Below, one piece after another: positions 54,238 through 62,902 of a DNA stretch of 64,000 nt. Made by a program: the position numbers and the translations under genes. This DNA is from Bacillota bacterium (GTDB lineage: Bacteria > Bacillota > Bacilli > Paenibacillales > UBA4045): positions 81,032 to 145,031 of the forward strand of contig JAEZQY010000001.1 in the NCBI GenBank assembly GCA_023441055.1, given 5' to 3'. The stretch's first letter is position 1; every line of letters begins with the position of its first letter. The notes under the pieces were generated by a model that was not told the DNA's origin, made no database searches, and saw only the letters and a list, made by a program, of their open reading frames with translations.

Positions 54238-54461
54238 AATAATCCTGCGATGCTCGTCACGGTTCCATGCTGTTTTGAACCAATGGACGTTTCTTGGGAG
54301 CCTATATCGGAGCGAGGCTGTCACGCCCTCTAAAGGGGACTTCAAAATCGCTTCAGCGGGCACCCACCTGCTTGGGCAGGTTCAGAAACACATAACCGAA
54401 CGGCATTCGCGGGTTACAACTCCTAATTTTCTCAGACACTACCTAATTGGTAGTGTTTTTA
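54238..54461 (+). ncRNA. Independently transcribed rod-like structured RNA, 6S RNA-like architecture
   Basis: It has its own promoter and its own terminator (ACACTACC/GGTAGTGT + TTTTT, 54436-54461). The 5' and 3' arms pair over the whole length: 54244-54253 with 54403-54413, 54260-54264 with 54394-54398, 54272-54281 with 54379-54389, and 54295-54302 with 54359-54366. An unpaired central region has a possible 3'-side mini-hairpin (CCTGCttggGCAGG). No plausible ORF is present. Confidence 0.5.
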
Positions 54462-54530
54462 TGTACAATCCCTCCCTGCTGTGCTAATATAAAAAATAGT
54501 GCAAAAGGTGAAGAGAACGGGGGAAAACTG

Positions 54531-54923
54531 TTGAACATCAAGCGGGTACTGGTTGGGATTTTTCGGAGTATCGAATCTACAGGCGAGAAGGCGAAGGATC
54601 CGCTGCTTAAGTCACACTTCTATAAGTTGTCCAAGGACAAGTTGATGGATGAGGTGTCTGCAGCGATTAAGAAGCTTCGCGGCTACAGGATCATTCATGA
54701 GGTGCCGAATGTAGGGGAGATTGTACTGGAGAAGAAGACGGCGCTTGGTCGTGTACAGGATATCACCATCACTGTGGTTGGCATTACGCCTGTCAGCTCT
54801 TCCGTGGATATCTACTCAGCGTCCAGAGGATCGCTGGGAGATCTCGGATCCAACTATCGAACCATCATCGAGATTTACAGTGCGCTAGACCGCGCGCTCA
54901 AGGTGTATAAGGACGCTAAATGA
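54531..54923 (+). CDS. Hypothetical cytosolic protein
   Basis: 130 aa from TTG 54531, following GGGGGA. The upstream part of the track ORF overlaps the RNA terminator and is unlikely to be coding. Confidence 0.45.
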   Translation: MNIKRVLVGIFRSIESTGEKAKDPLLKSHFYKLSKDKLMDEVSAAIKKLRGYRIIHEVPNVGEIVLEKKTALGRVQDITITVVGITPVSSSVDIYSASRGSLGDLGSNYRTIIEIYSALDRALKVYKDAK

Positions 54924-54934
54924 TCCTAAATGAA

Positions 54935-54971
54935 GAAACCATCCAATGGTCCTACGACCGAGGATGGTTTC
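54935..54971. terminator. Bidirectional terminator between convergent genes
   Basis: A 10-bp stem (GAAACCATCC / GGATGGTTTC) followed by TTT. Confidence 0.7.
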
Positions 54972-54990
54972 TTTGGGCTTGAGCCGGGAA

Positions 54991-55509
54991 TTAGATCAGC
55001 TTTTTAAGCGCTGCGATTGCAGCATCATAATCTGGATGCTCGGTCATCTCGCTCAATACCTCTATGTATTGAACCGTATCGTTCTTATCGATTACGATGA
55101 CAGCGCGCATATCCAGGCGAAGCTCCTTAATGAGCAGGCCGTAGTTCTCGCCGAAGCTAGCACGCTTGTGGTCAGACAATACCACGACCTTGTCTACACC
55201 TGCAGCGCCGCACCAGCGGGACTGAGCAACAGGCAGGTCAGCGCTGATTGTTAGGATGACAACATCATCGCCCAGCTTAGAGGCCTCTTCATTAAAACGA
55301 CGTGTTTGCGCATCGCAAACACCTGTATCCAGTGAAGGCACCGAGCTGATGAGTCTAACCTTACCGGAGTATTCTGACAATTGAATTTCTTCAACCAGAT
55401 TCTTGCTTACAACGGCATCCGGAGCCTTATCCCCAACCTTCAATTCAGGTCCAATCAGGGTAAGTGGATTACCTTTAAGCGTAGCGACATTCGCGCGTTC
55501 TTGAGCCAT
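54991..55509 (-). CDS. tpx: Thiol peroxidase
   Basis: SVPSLDTGVCDAQTRRFNEE is the Tpx active-site block. 172 aa from MAQERANV, following AAGGAGG. Confidence 0.9.
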   Translation of the reverse strand: MAQERANVATLKGNPLTLIGPELKVGDKAPDAVVSKNLVEEIQLSEYSGKVRLISSVPSLDTGVCDAQTRRFNEEASKLGDDVVILTISADLPVAQSRWCGAAGVDKVVVLSDHKRASFGENYGLLIKELRLDMRAVIVIDKNDTVQYIEVLSEMTEHPDYDAAIAALKKLI

Positions 55510-55671
55510 GTTCGAAATTTGCCTCCTTCTCGAATATAAGTAATATTTGGTATACACCTATTTAATTATATCTGTGACGAATCGCATTGTCCAATCCAGA
55601 GAAGACAAACAAGCATACAGCAGGTATAATTAATAGGGATAATGATTGCATAAAGTGAATGAGGGTTGATT

Positions 55672-56571
55672 GTGGAACTACGGCAATTGCAATACTTCGT
55701 TAAGGTAGCGCGTAAACAGCATGTTACACAAGCGGCAGAAGAGCTGCATGTGGCGCAATCGGCGGTCAGCCGCCAGATTCGTCTGCTTGAAGAAGAGATG
55801 GGTGTGGATCTATTCGTACAAGTCGGTCGGAATGTGCAATTAACACCCGCCGGCAAGCTGTTCTTGCACAAGGTTGAATCGATTCTGGCTGAGCTTGATC
55901 GATCTGTTAATGAGGTACGTGAGCTCATGGACCCCGACCACGGTGAGGTACGATTGGGATTCCCTCACAGCCTGGGTGTGAACCTGATCCCTTCTGTTGT
56001 AGCGGAATTCCGCAAGGGGCATCCGAATGTGAAGTTCCGCTTCCGACAAGGAAAGTTCGATGTATTAATTCAAGATGTTATCAATAATGAGGTTGACCTG
56101 GCATTTATCTCGCCATTTCCCGAGATTCATGCCGAGGTGACTGGCGAGTTGCTTATTACGGAGCAATTATTCGCGATCGTGCCCCCGAATCATCGGTTAT
56201 CGGATCAATTATCCATCGATCTGGCCGATCTGAAGGATGACCCGTTCGTCGTGTTCAGCGATGGCTACTCGCTGCGACCGATTGTTATAGAGGCATGCGC
56301 GAGAGCGGGGTTCAAGCCTGTGATTGGCTTTGAAGGGGAAGAGACAGATACGATTCGCGGATTAGTCGCTGCAGGCATGGGTGTCAGTCTGCTGCCTGAA
56401 CTGGCATTGCTTGAGGTCAGTCCGCTTCAGCCGGTTAAGGTTGCGCTGCGACCGCCTAGTGTTACACGTACAATCGGCTTAATTCGCCGCACGGACGAGA
56501 AGCTGCCGGTTGTCGCTGAGAAGTTCAGGCAATTTTTGATCGCATACTTTAATGATAAGCAGCAACGGTGA
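55672..56571 (+). CDS. LysR-family transcriptional regulator
   Basis: (V)ELRQLQYFVKVARKQHVTQAAEELHVAQSAVSRQIRLLEEEMGV is a typical LysR HTH. I prefer GTG 55672 to the track's TTG 55666. Confidence 0.85.
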   Translation: MELRQLQYFVKVARKQHVTQAAEELHVAQSAVSRQIRLLEEEMGVDLFVQVGRNVQLTPAGKLFLHKVESILAELDRSVNEVRELMDPDHGEVRLGFPHSLGVNLIPSVVAEFRKGHPNVKFRFRQGKFDVLIQDVINNEVDLAFISPFPEIHAEVTGELLITEQLFAIVPPNHRLSDQLSIDLADLKDDPFVVFSDGYSLRPIVIEACARAGFKPVIGFEGEETDTIRGLVAAGMGVSLLPELALLEVSPLQPVKVALRPPSVTRTIGLIRRTDEKLPVVAEKFRQFLIAYFNDKQQR

Positions 56572-56584
56572 AGGAGCGGATACA

Positions 56585-57361
56585 ATGGCACTCATTACAT
56601 GTAATTTCCATTCGGATTCGTTAGGGTTTGGCGCGTCAATGACGGTGATTTTGCCCGAGCGCACAAAGTCTCAGATTGGCATCGAGCATGGTGCTGTCGG
56701 CAAGAAGCATCCCGTCCTGTATTTGCTGCATGGGCTGTCTGATGATGATACAATCTGGCTTCGGCGCACATCTATAGAACGCTATGTTGCAGGTATGGGA
56801 CTTGCTGTGGTTATGCCGAATGTCCATCGAAGCTTCTACGCTGATATGGCATATGGCGGGCAGTATTGGACATTCTTGACCGAAGAGCTGCCCAGCATTG
56901 CTGGCTCCTTCTTCCCGCTGTCGGATGCCAGATCGGATAATTATGTTGCCGGCCTATCGATGGGCGGCTATGGGGCATTCAAGTGGGCGCTTAGTTACCC
57001 AGAGCGATTCGCTGCAGCGGGCAGTCTATCTGGCGTGTTGGATCTGGCGAAGCATCAGAATGGGAGGTTCCAGCGCGACATGCAGCTGGCCTTCGGTGAC
57101 CTGCCGATCAGCGGATCTGGCAATGATCTGCTGGAGCTGCTGGAGCGTAATCGCAATTCTGCAGCTGAGCTGCCTGATCTGTATCAGTGCTGCGGTACCG
57201 AGGATCACCTGTATGAAGACAATGTCACTTTTCGTACTGCATGCGAGGCGGCGAATGTTGACTTGCACTATGAAGAGGGGCCAGGCGCTCATAATTGGGG
57301 ATACTGGGATGCGCAGATTCAGCGATTCCTAGCAAGACTGCCCATTGCTTCCGAGCGTTGA
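56585..57361 (+). CDS. Esterase-family protein (esterase D / putative-esterase fold)
   Basis: HPVLYLLHGLSDD and the nucleophile elbow GLSMGGYGA are present. AAGGAG RBS precedes the ATG at 56585. Confidence 0.75.
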   Translation: MALITCNFHSDSLGFGASMTVILPERTKSQIGIEHGAVGKKHPVLYLLHGLSDDDTIWLRRTSIERYVAGMGLAVVMPNVHRSFYADMAYGGQYWTFLTEELPSIAGSFFPLSDARSDNYVAGLSMGGYGAFKWALSYPERFAAAGSLSGVLDLAKHQNGRFQRDMQLAFGDLPISGSGNDLLELLERNRNSAAELPDLYQCCGTEDHLYEDNVTFRTACEAANVDLHYEEGPGAHNWGYWDAQIQRFLARLPIASER

Positions 57362-57547
57362 AGGTGAGTATAATTAGCTCATAGTTACATAGACATCTGG
57401 AGCTGTCGCCCTGTTAGGGTGGCAGCTTTTGTGCGTGAGTTGTGCGTAAGTGAATATGTTTTATCATAGTCTTCCCAAGCAGTAACGGTTCCACCGGACT
57501 AAATGAGCTCAGATGGTGTTGATCTTAGTTCTACAATGCATTCCTTA

Positions 57548-57564
57548 TGTAATATAATATGACA
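57548..57564. promoter_or_regulatory. GlnR/TnrA-type box (distal)
   Basis: TGTAAtataataTGACA fits TGTNA-N7-TNACA. Confidence 0.4.
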
Positions 57565-57643
57565 CTAACCGGGTAATCACGAATTATTTATAGGGTGATA
57601 AGTAACATCTTTCGGATTTAGCGATATATCTGTAAAAAAATGA

Positions 57644-57672
57644 TTGAAATCTAGATTCGAGATAACTATAAT
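57644..57672 (+). promoter_or_regulatory. Sigma-A-type promoter candidate for the ammonium transporter
   Basis: TTGAAA (57644-57649), 17-bp spacer, TATAAT (57667-57672). Confidence 0.5.
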
Positions 57673-57692
57673 GACACTAAGAAAACATTACA

Positions 57693-57709
57693 TGTTATCT
57701 AATCTAACA
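57693..57709. promoter_or_regulatory. GlnR/TnrA-type box (proximal, downstream of the predicted TSS)
   Basis: TGTTAtctaatcTAACA fits TGTNA-N7-TNACA. It lies between the predicted -10 and the amt start codon. Confidence 0.45.
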
Positions 57710-57724
57710 TCGGGAGTGGTTGTA

Positions 57725-59068
57725 GTGAAGAAGAAAATTGGGATGTCCATGCTTGCGCTAATGGCCTTATCACCATCGGCAGCATTCGCCGCATCAGAAG
57801 GGGCGGAGTTGTCAGCGTTCGGACTAAATTCATTATGGGTTATGGTTGCTGCAATTCTAGTGCTGCTTATGCAAGGCGGGTTCATTCTACTTGAAGCTGG
57901 ATCGACAAGAATGAAGAATGCCGGTCACGTAGCGGGCAAGACAATCTTCACTGTTGGATTATGCACCTTGGTTTACTGGGCGATTGGTTATGGATTCGCC
58001 TTCGGCGGTGGAGGCAATCCCCTAGTCGGGCTAGACAGCTTCTTCTATAGTCCGGGAACCGATGCTGATCTGGCGCCATCAGTCTTCTTCGTCTTCCAGC
58101 TGGCATTCGCTGCGATCTCGCTCACGATCGCATGGGGGGGATTTGCCGAGCGAGCGAAGCTGGGCTCCTATCTGGTATTTACACTATTATTCTCCACACT
58201 GGTCTATCCAGTCATTGCTCACTGGATCTGGAATGCTGATGGCTGGTTAGCGAAAGATGGCGCACAAGACTTCGCCGGCTCGACTGTTGTACACTTAACT
58301 GGCGCATGTGCGGCGTTCGCGGCAACGGTGCTTCTGAAGCCGAGAATCGGTAAATTCAACAAGGATGGCACAGCCAATGAAATTCACGGTCACAGTCAAG
58401 TGTTCACGTCACTCGGTGTGTTGATTTTGTGGGTAGGTTGGTTCGGGTTTAATGCAGGCAGTACTGTTGCTATTGGAGACGGCTTCTTCGGATATGTGGC
58501 TTTCAACACGCAATTAGCTGCAGGGGCAGGCGCGGTCGCGGCGTTGATCATCTCTTGGATTATTATGGGTAAGGCAGATATCTCAACGATGCTCAATGGT
58601 GCGCTGGCAGGTCTGGTTGCCATTACAGCGTCCTGTGCCTTCGTAGAACCATGGGCTGCGGTTGTGATTGGTCTCTTAGCTGGCATGATCGTATTCGGCA
58701 GTCAGAAGATGTTCGAGAAGCTGGGGATCGATGATCCGATCTACGCGCTGTCTGTCCATGGCGTTGTCGGGATCTGGGGAACGCTTGCGAACGGATTCTT
58801 CGCTACCGAAGAGCTGGCGGCTAGTGTGGGCGTAGGTCAAGCGGGCTTATTCTATGGTGGTGGGTTCCATCAACTGGGCGTTCAATTTCTATCAGTCGTT
58901 ACAGCTGGCGGATACGCGCTTGCGGCCTCCTTCATTCTGTTGTTGATTACGAAGAGCTTGGTCGGTCTGCGTGTAACAGAGGAAGAGGAGATTATCGGCC
59001 TCGACTTGAGCGAACATGGCGTATACGGTTACCCAGAGCAATTGAAGAATACACAGCACACAGTTTAA
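57725..59068 (+). CDS. amt: Ammonium transporter (Amt family)
   Basis: Signal-like N-terminus, 11 helices, and Amt blocks (LMQGGFILLEAG, DFAGSTVVHL, VHGVVGIWGTL). GTG 57725 follows GGGAGTGG. Confidence 0.9.
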   Translation: MKKKIGMSMLALMALSPSAAFAASEGAELSAFGLNSLWVMVAAILVLLMQGGFILLEAGSTRMKNAGHVAGKTIFTVGLCTLVYWAIGYGFAFGGGGNPLVGLDSFFYSPGTDADLAPSVFFVFQLAFAAISLTIAWGGFAERAKLGSYLVFTLLFSTLVYPVIAHWIWNADGWLAKDGAQDFAGSTVVHLTGACAAFAATVLLKPRIGKFNKDGTANEIHGHSQVFTSLGVLILWVGWFGFNAGSTVAIGDGFFGYVAFNTQLAAGAGAVAALIISWIIMGKADISTMLNGALAGLVAITASCAFVEPWAAVVIGLLAGMIVFGSQKMFEKLGIDDPIYALSVHGVVGIWGTLANGFFATEELAASVGVGQAGLFYGGGFHQLGVQFLSVVTAGGYALAASFILLLITKSLVGLRVTEEEEIIGLDLSEHGVYGYPEQLKNTQHTV

Positions 59069-59102
59069 TTGGTGCGATTAATGATTGACGAGGAGACTAG
59101 TC

Positions 59103-60140
59103 ATGCGGCGAATCCTGGAAGGATTAAGTGAGCGAATTCAATTATGCGACAATCTGGGGCAGTTGCGAGCGTTGCGTGATCAGGTTCAGGAGAAGCTGCG
59201 TGACTGTCTCCTATTCACCGATCCAGTAGACTGGTATAGAATGGCGAACAACTGTCAGGATTGGTTGATCCAGCACGCCATCAGACTTGCTGAGCTGGAC
59301 GTATATCGGGAAGCGGGTGCGCCGCCGGCAGGTTCATATGCCTTCATCGTATTAGGCAGCGCCGGTCGCATGGAACAGACGTTATGGAGTGATCAGGATA
59401 ATGGATTGATTTACTCCAGCACGGATGAAGCAGCCAAGAATTATTACCGCAAGCTGTCCATCACAATAGAACATGCGCTCAAGCAGATAGGATATCCACC
59501 ATGTGAAGGTGAAGTAATCACCAGTAATGAGAAGTGGAGGATGTCGATTGCGGAGTGGAAGGCGACGCTGGCAGAATGGTTCGAGGATGGAGCTTGGGAG
59601 AATGTCCGGCAGCTGTTGATCATGGCTGATGCGCGTGTGATCTACGGCGATACCGGATTGCTGGATCAGCTCCGAGCGGAGTATCTGGATCGGGTAAGCC
59701 AGAGAGCGGATATCATCGCGCTTATGCTGCGCAATACGCTTCGCCACAAGGTGGTGCTGGGTCCGCTCGGACAGCTGATCAGAGAGTCCTATGGCGAGGA
59801 CGCTGGAGGGTTTGATATGAAGTATGGCGCCTATCTTCCTATGGTAAATGCCATTCGATTGCTCGCTATTAGGCATCACATCACAGCGACGTCGACGCAT
59901 GCTCGCTTAGAGGCGCTGCGGAGCCAGCTTGGTCATGCTAAGGTTGATCGTATTCGCGGCGCATTCATACACATTATGAAGCTAAGGGCGATGACCCCCT
60001 ATCAGCTTACGCCGGAGGGGTATTATGCGACACGCGGGAAGCTTCGTTCGCAGGATCTGACGAAACCGGTCATTGCCAAGCTCAAGCTAAGTCTGCATGT
60101 CGGTGAAGAGCTGCAACGATATATTAGAAAGCTGCAATGA
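59103..60140 (+). CDS. DUF294-type putative nucleotidyltransferase (NTase + DUF294_C, no sensor domains)
   Basis: NTase motif (GSAGRMEQTLWSDQDNG) followed by a helical substrate-binding-type domain. GAGGAG RBS precedes the ATG at 59103. Confidence 0.6.
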   Translation: MRRILEGLSERIQLCDNLGQLRALRDQVQEKLRDCLLFTDPVDWYRMANNCQDWLIQHAIRLAELDVYREAGAPPAGSYAFIVLGSAGRMEQTLWSDQDNGLIYSSTDEAAKNYYRKLSITIEHALKQIGYPPCEGEVITSNEKWRMSIAEWKATLAEWFEDGAWENVRQLLIMADARVIYGDTGLLDQLRAEYLDRVSQRADIIALMLRNTLRHKVVLGPLGQLIRESYGEDAGGFDMKYGAYLPMVNAIRLLAIRHHITATSTHARLEALRSQLGHAKVDRIRGAFIHIMKLRAMTPYQLTPEGYYATRGKLRSQDLTKPVIAKLKLSLHVGEELQRYIRKLQ

Positions 60141-60156
60141 ATGAGGAGGCTTACCG

Positions 60157-60894
60157 ATGAAGGACCCGCTCGGACCTGTCGGCAGAATGTGGAGTATCTA
60201 CAAGCAGGGTGGGCTGACTCCTACTGTAGCCTCGATACTCGGCTCGCCCAGCGCTGGTCAGATGGCTTTCATACGTTCAGCGATGAGGATGCAGCGGCAA
60301 ACCTCGCTCCTCGAATTACCGCTGCGTTCACTCGATGCCGTGGTGTTCGATCTGGAGACGACAGGCTTCCATCCCTATCAAGGTGATGAGATTATCTCAT
60401 TCGGCGCTGTAGCTGTAAGCGGGATTGATGTTCAGGACAAGGAGACGTTCTACAGTTTATCTAATCCGCACAGGACCATTCCGCATGAGATCGAGCGCTT
60501 GACTGGCATTGCTACAGAGATAGCTGAAGCAGCGCCCGAACTCATTACGGCCTTATCGCAGTTCCTGGAATTCGTGCAGCGAAGACTGCTGATTGCCCAT
60601 GGCACTGGACATGATAAGCAGTTCCTGAACGCGGCGCTCTGGAAGACCTCGAAGATCAATCTTACGCACCGCGTGCTGGATACGATGATGGTCGCGAAGT
60701 GGCTGCATCCGGCGCTGCCGACCTATGATCTGGACGCGCTGCTGCATCTGTACGATATCCCGATAACAGATAGGCATCACGCGCTGCAGGACAGCCTGAT
60801 GACGGCTCAGTTATGGGTGAGGATGGTCGATGCCATTACCGATCGTCAGGTGATGACATTAGGAGATCTGTATATGTATCTTAGCAGGCATTAG
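60157..60894 (+). CDS. DEDDh 3'-5' exonuclease domain protein (DnaQ/epsilon-like)
   Basis: ExoI (VVFDLETTG), ExoII (AHGTGHDKQFL) and ExoIII (HHALQDSLMTAQL) are present. GAGGAGG RBS. Confidence 0.75.
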   Translation: MKDPLGPVGRMWSIYKQGGLTPTVASILGSPSAGQMAFIRSAMRMQRQTSLLELPLRSLDAVVFDLETTGFHPYQGDEIISFGAVAVSGIDVQDKETFYSLSNPHRTIPHEIERLTGIATEIAEAAPELITALSQFLEFVQRRLLIAHGTGHDKQFLNAALWKTSKINLTHRVLDTMMVAKWLHPALPTYDLDALLHLYDIPITDRHHALQDSLMTAQLWVRMVDAITDRQVMTLGDLYMYLSRH

Positions 60895-60901
60895 GCTCTC
60901 C

Positions 60902-62155
60902 TTATCTTACCTCCTTGTCCGGCTTGATGAGGAAGAAGGATAGCAGGAGCGCCAGTAGAGAGAGGGCGGATACGCTGATGAACACCGCGCTGTGAGATTT
61001 ACCCATGATCCAGCTGAATAAGGGCGGACCGAAGGCGACGCCGAGGAAGCGCAGGCTGCTGTATAACCCTGTGATCATTCCGCGCTGCTCCAACTCGACG
61101 CTGCCTGTAATCATCGTATTCAAGCAGGGTAATATCAAGCCGGTACCGATGCTGCTGATAGTCAGCAGTGTGATGAACAGATAGATCTGCTTCAGGAAGA
61201 GAATGGAGCACCCCAGAGCGGCAGTCATGAGCGCGAATCCGATTAGGATGAGCCAGCGCATGACTATGCCGTTCTTTTTTATTAGGCTACCGGTTGTATA
61301 TGATGTTATAACCATGCCAGTCAGCGGAATAGCAAGCACGAAGCCCTTCGTTAAGCCCTTGATCCGGTAAGGGGCCTCCTCCAGGATGTCCGATAAGTAG
61401 AAGAGAACGCCGAACAGCACGAACAACGCCAGCGCACCGCCGAAAAAAGCAGGTAGGAGCCACTTGCCTTGGGCCTTGAAGGTGTCGACGATCGAGGCTA
61501 GATAAGGCTTCAGCTTCGGGGGACTGGACTCGCGCTTGGGCTCCTTAATCCAGAATATGATCGCCAGCAAGCTGAGAATGCAGAAGCCAGGGAATGCGAA
61601 GAAGGAGGCGTACCAGGCAATTAAGGCGAATAAGGAGCCGATAATTGGACTAAGCACCTTGCCGGCACCATTGGCCGCTTCCGTTAATCCAAGCGCCTTG
61701 CTTTCCTGTCCCCCGCTATATAAATCCCCTACGAGTGCCATTGCAATCGGCGAGGTGCCAGCCGCACCCAACCCCTGTATGGATCGAGCTGCAATCATAA
61801 CGCCATAGGACTCCCAAACCGCGCCTAGGCCTGCTAACAATCCGCCGAGCCCGTAGATGATAAGTGCCGGAATCATGATCGCCTTACGGCCGAATCGGTC
61901 TGAGAGATATCCGATAATTGGAATCGTGAGTCCGGCGGTAACAGAGAATAGAGATATCATTAGACTCGTCTGAAATTGGCTGATATCGAGCGCTTTCTTC
62001 ATCTCTGGGAGAATTGGAATGATCATGGAATTGCCGAAGACGAGCACCAATGGCACGCTGGCAATTGCGGTGTATGCGCTAAGCGAGCCTGATTGCTCCG
62101 ATGATGGCTTCGTCTTGGAAGACTTGCCTGGATTAGAGGTTGTGCTGTGTGCCAT
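60902..62155 (-). CDS. MFS transporter
   Basis: 417 aa, 12 helices, with the motif GYLSDRFGRK. AAAGGAGG RBS. Confidence 0.8.
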   Translation of the reverse strand: MAHSTTSNPGKSSKTKPSSEQSGSLSAYTAIASVPLVLVFGNSMIIPILPEMKKALDISQFQTSLMISLFSVTAGLTIPIIGYLSDRFGRKAIMIPALIIYGLGGLLAGLGAVWESYGVMIAARSIQGLGAAGTSPIAMALVGDLYSGGQESKALGLTEAANGAGKVLSPIIGSLFALIAWYASFFAFPGFCILSLLAIIFWIKEPKRESSPPKLKPYLASIVDTFKAQGKWLLPAFFGGALALFVLFGVLFYLSDILEEAPYRIKGLTKGFVLAIPLTGMVITSYTTGSLIKKNGIVMRWLILIGFALMTAALGCSILFLKQIYLFITLLTISSIGTGLILPCLNTMITGSVELEQRGMITGLYSSLRFLGVAFGPPLFSWIMGKSHSAVFISVSALSLLALLLSFFLIKPDKEVR

Positions 62156-62349
62156 CTGATCTGTTCCTCCTTTATGATGTAACTGCGCGAATGCGCATGA
62201 ACATGTACATTGTGTCCTCTGTTCATACGCTTCATTCCTGCATGAATCGTGCCCGGATTCGATTTGGCATTCTGCGGCGAACAGTGTATGCTAATAAGTG
62301 CAAGTCGAATCACTCTGGAACATACAATCTGTACAGGCGGTGACAAGTC

Positions 62350-62889
62350 ATGCGTAAGAAGAATTGGATGGTCGTAGCGGTAGTTCTCGTGTTAGCGGGA
62401 GCGGCGTTATATCAAAATATAGCCACAGCAGACGAGCGCTCTTCCGCGTCGCTGGAGGAAGCTGCCAAGCCGGGGTATCGAGCGCCGGCTTTCGAGCTAG
62501 TTGGGATGGACGGCATCACCTATTCCGTGGGCGGCGAGCGAGAGAAGCCGGTGCTTGTCAACTTCTGGGCGTCCTGGTGCGGACCTTGCCATATTGAAGC
62601 GCCCGATCTTCAAGAGCTCTATGAGAAGTATGACGGTAAGCTGGACTTGTACAGTGTGAATGTTATGAGTCTGGACACGCGCAAGGGTGCGGAGCGGTTC
62701 ATCGAGGAATACGGGCTGACCTTCCCGGTTCCAATTGATGAAGACGGGACCATTACGAGCAAGCGTTATGGCGTGGACGGCTATCCGACCTCATTCCTGG
62801 TGAATCAGGAGGGGATTGTCGTTGATGCGGTGTTCGGCATCATCGACCGTGAGGATTTGGAACGCAAGATTAACAAATTGCTACAGTGA
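62350..62889 (+). CDS. Membrane-anchored thioredoxin-fold thiol-disulfide oxidoreductase (TlpA/ResA-like)
   Basis: N-terminal anchor plus [14 protein letters not shown] (CxxC). Confidence 0.8.
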   Translation: MRKKNWMVVAVVLVLAGAALYQNIATADERSSASLEEAAKPGYRAPAFELVGMDGITYSVGGEREKPVLVNFWASWCGPCHIEAPDLQELYEKYDGKLDLYSVNVMSLDTRKGAERFIEEYGLTFPVPIDEDGTITSKRYGVDGYPTSFLVNQEGIVVDAVFGIIDREDLERKINKLLQ

Positions 62890-62902
62890 GAGGGTTTTAT
62901 TG

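Noticed and set aside
54238-54461. The structured RNA considered as a c-di-AMP (ydaO-yuaA) riboswitch or another leader of the 54531 gene.
   Set aside because: Partial resemblances exist (GCGGGCACCCA, CCGAACGGCA). However, the other conserved blocks I remember (GGGGUGAAUC, CAGCUAACC..CGUAAGCG) are absent. The downstream gene is not a typical target. The end-to-end rod fold fits 6S better. The alternative is not fully excluded without a covariance-model search.
60141-60386. An 81-aa ORF overlapping the start of the exonuclease gene in another frame.
   Set aside because: The 60157 frame has a GAGGAGG RBS and continues into clear Exo I-III motifs. The alternative frame has neither.
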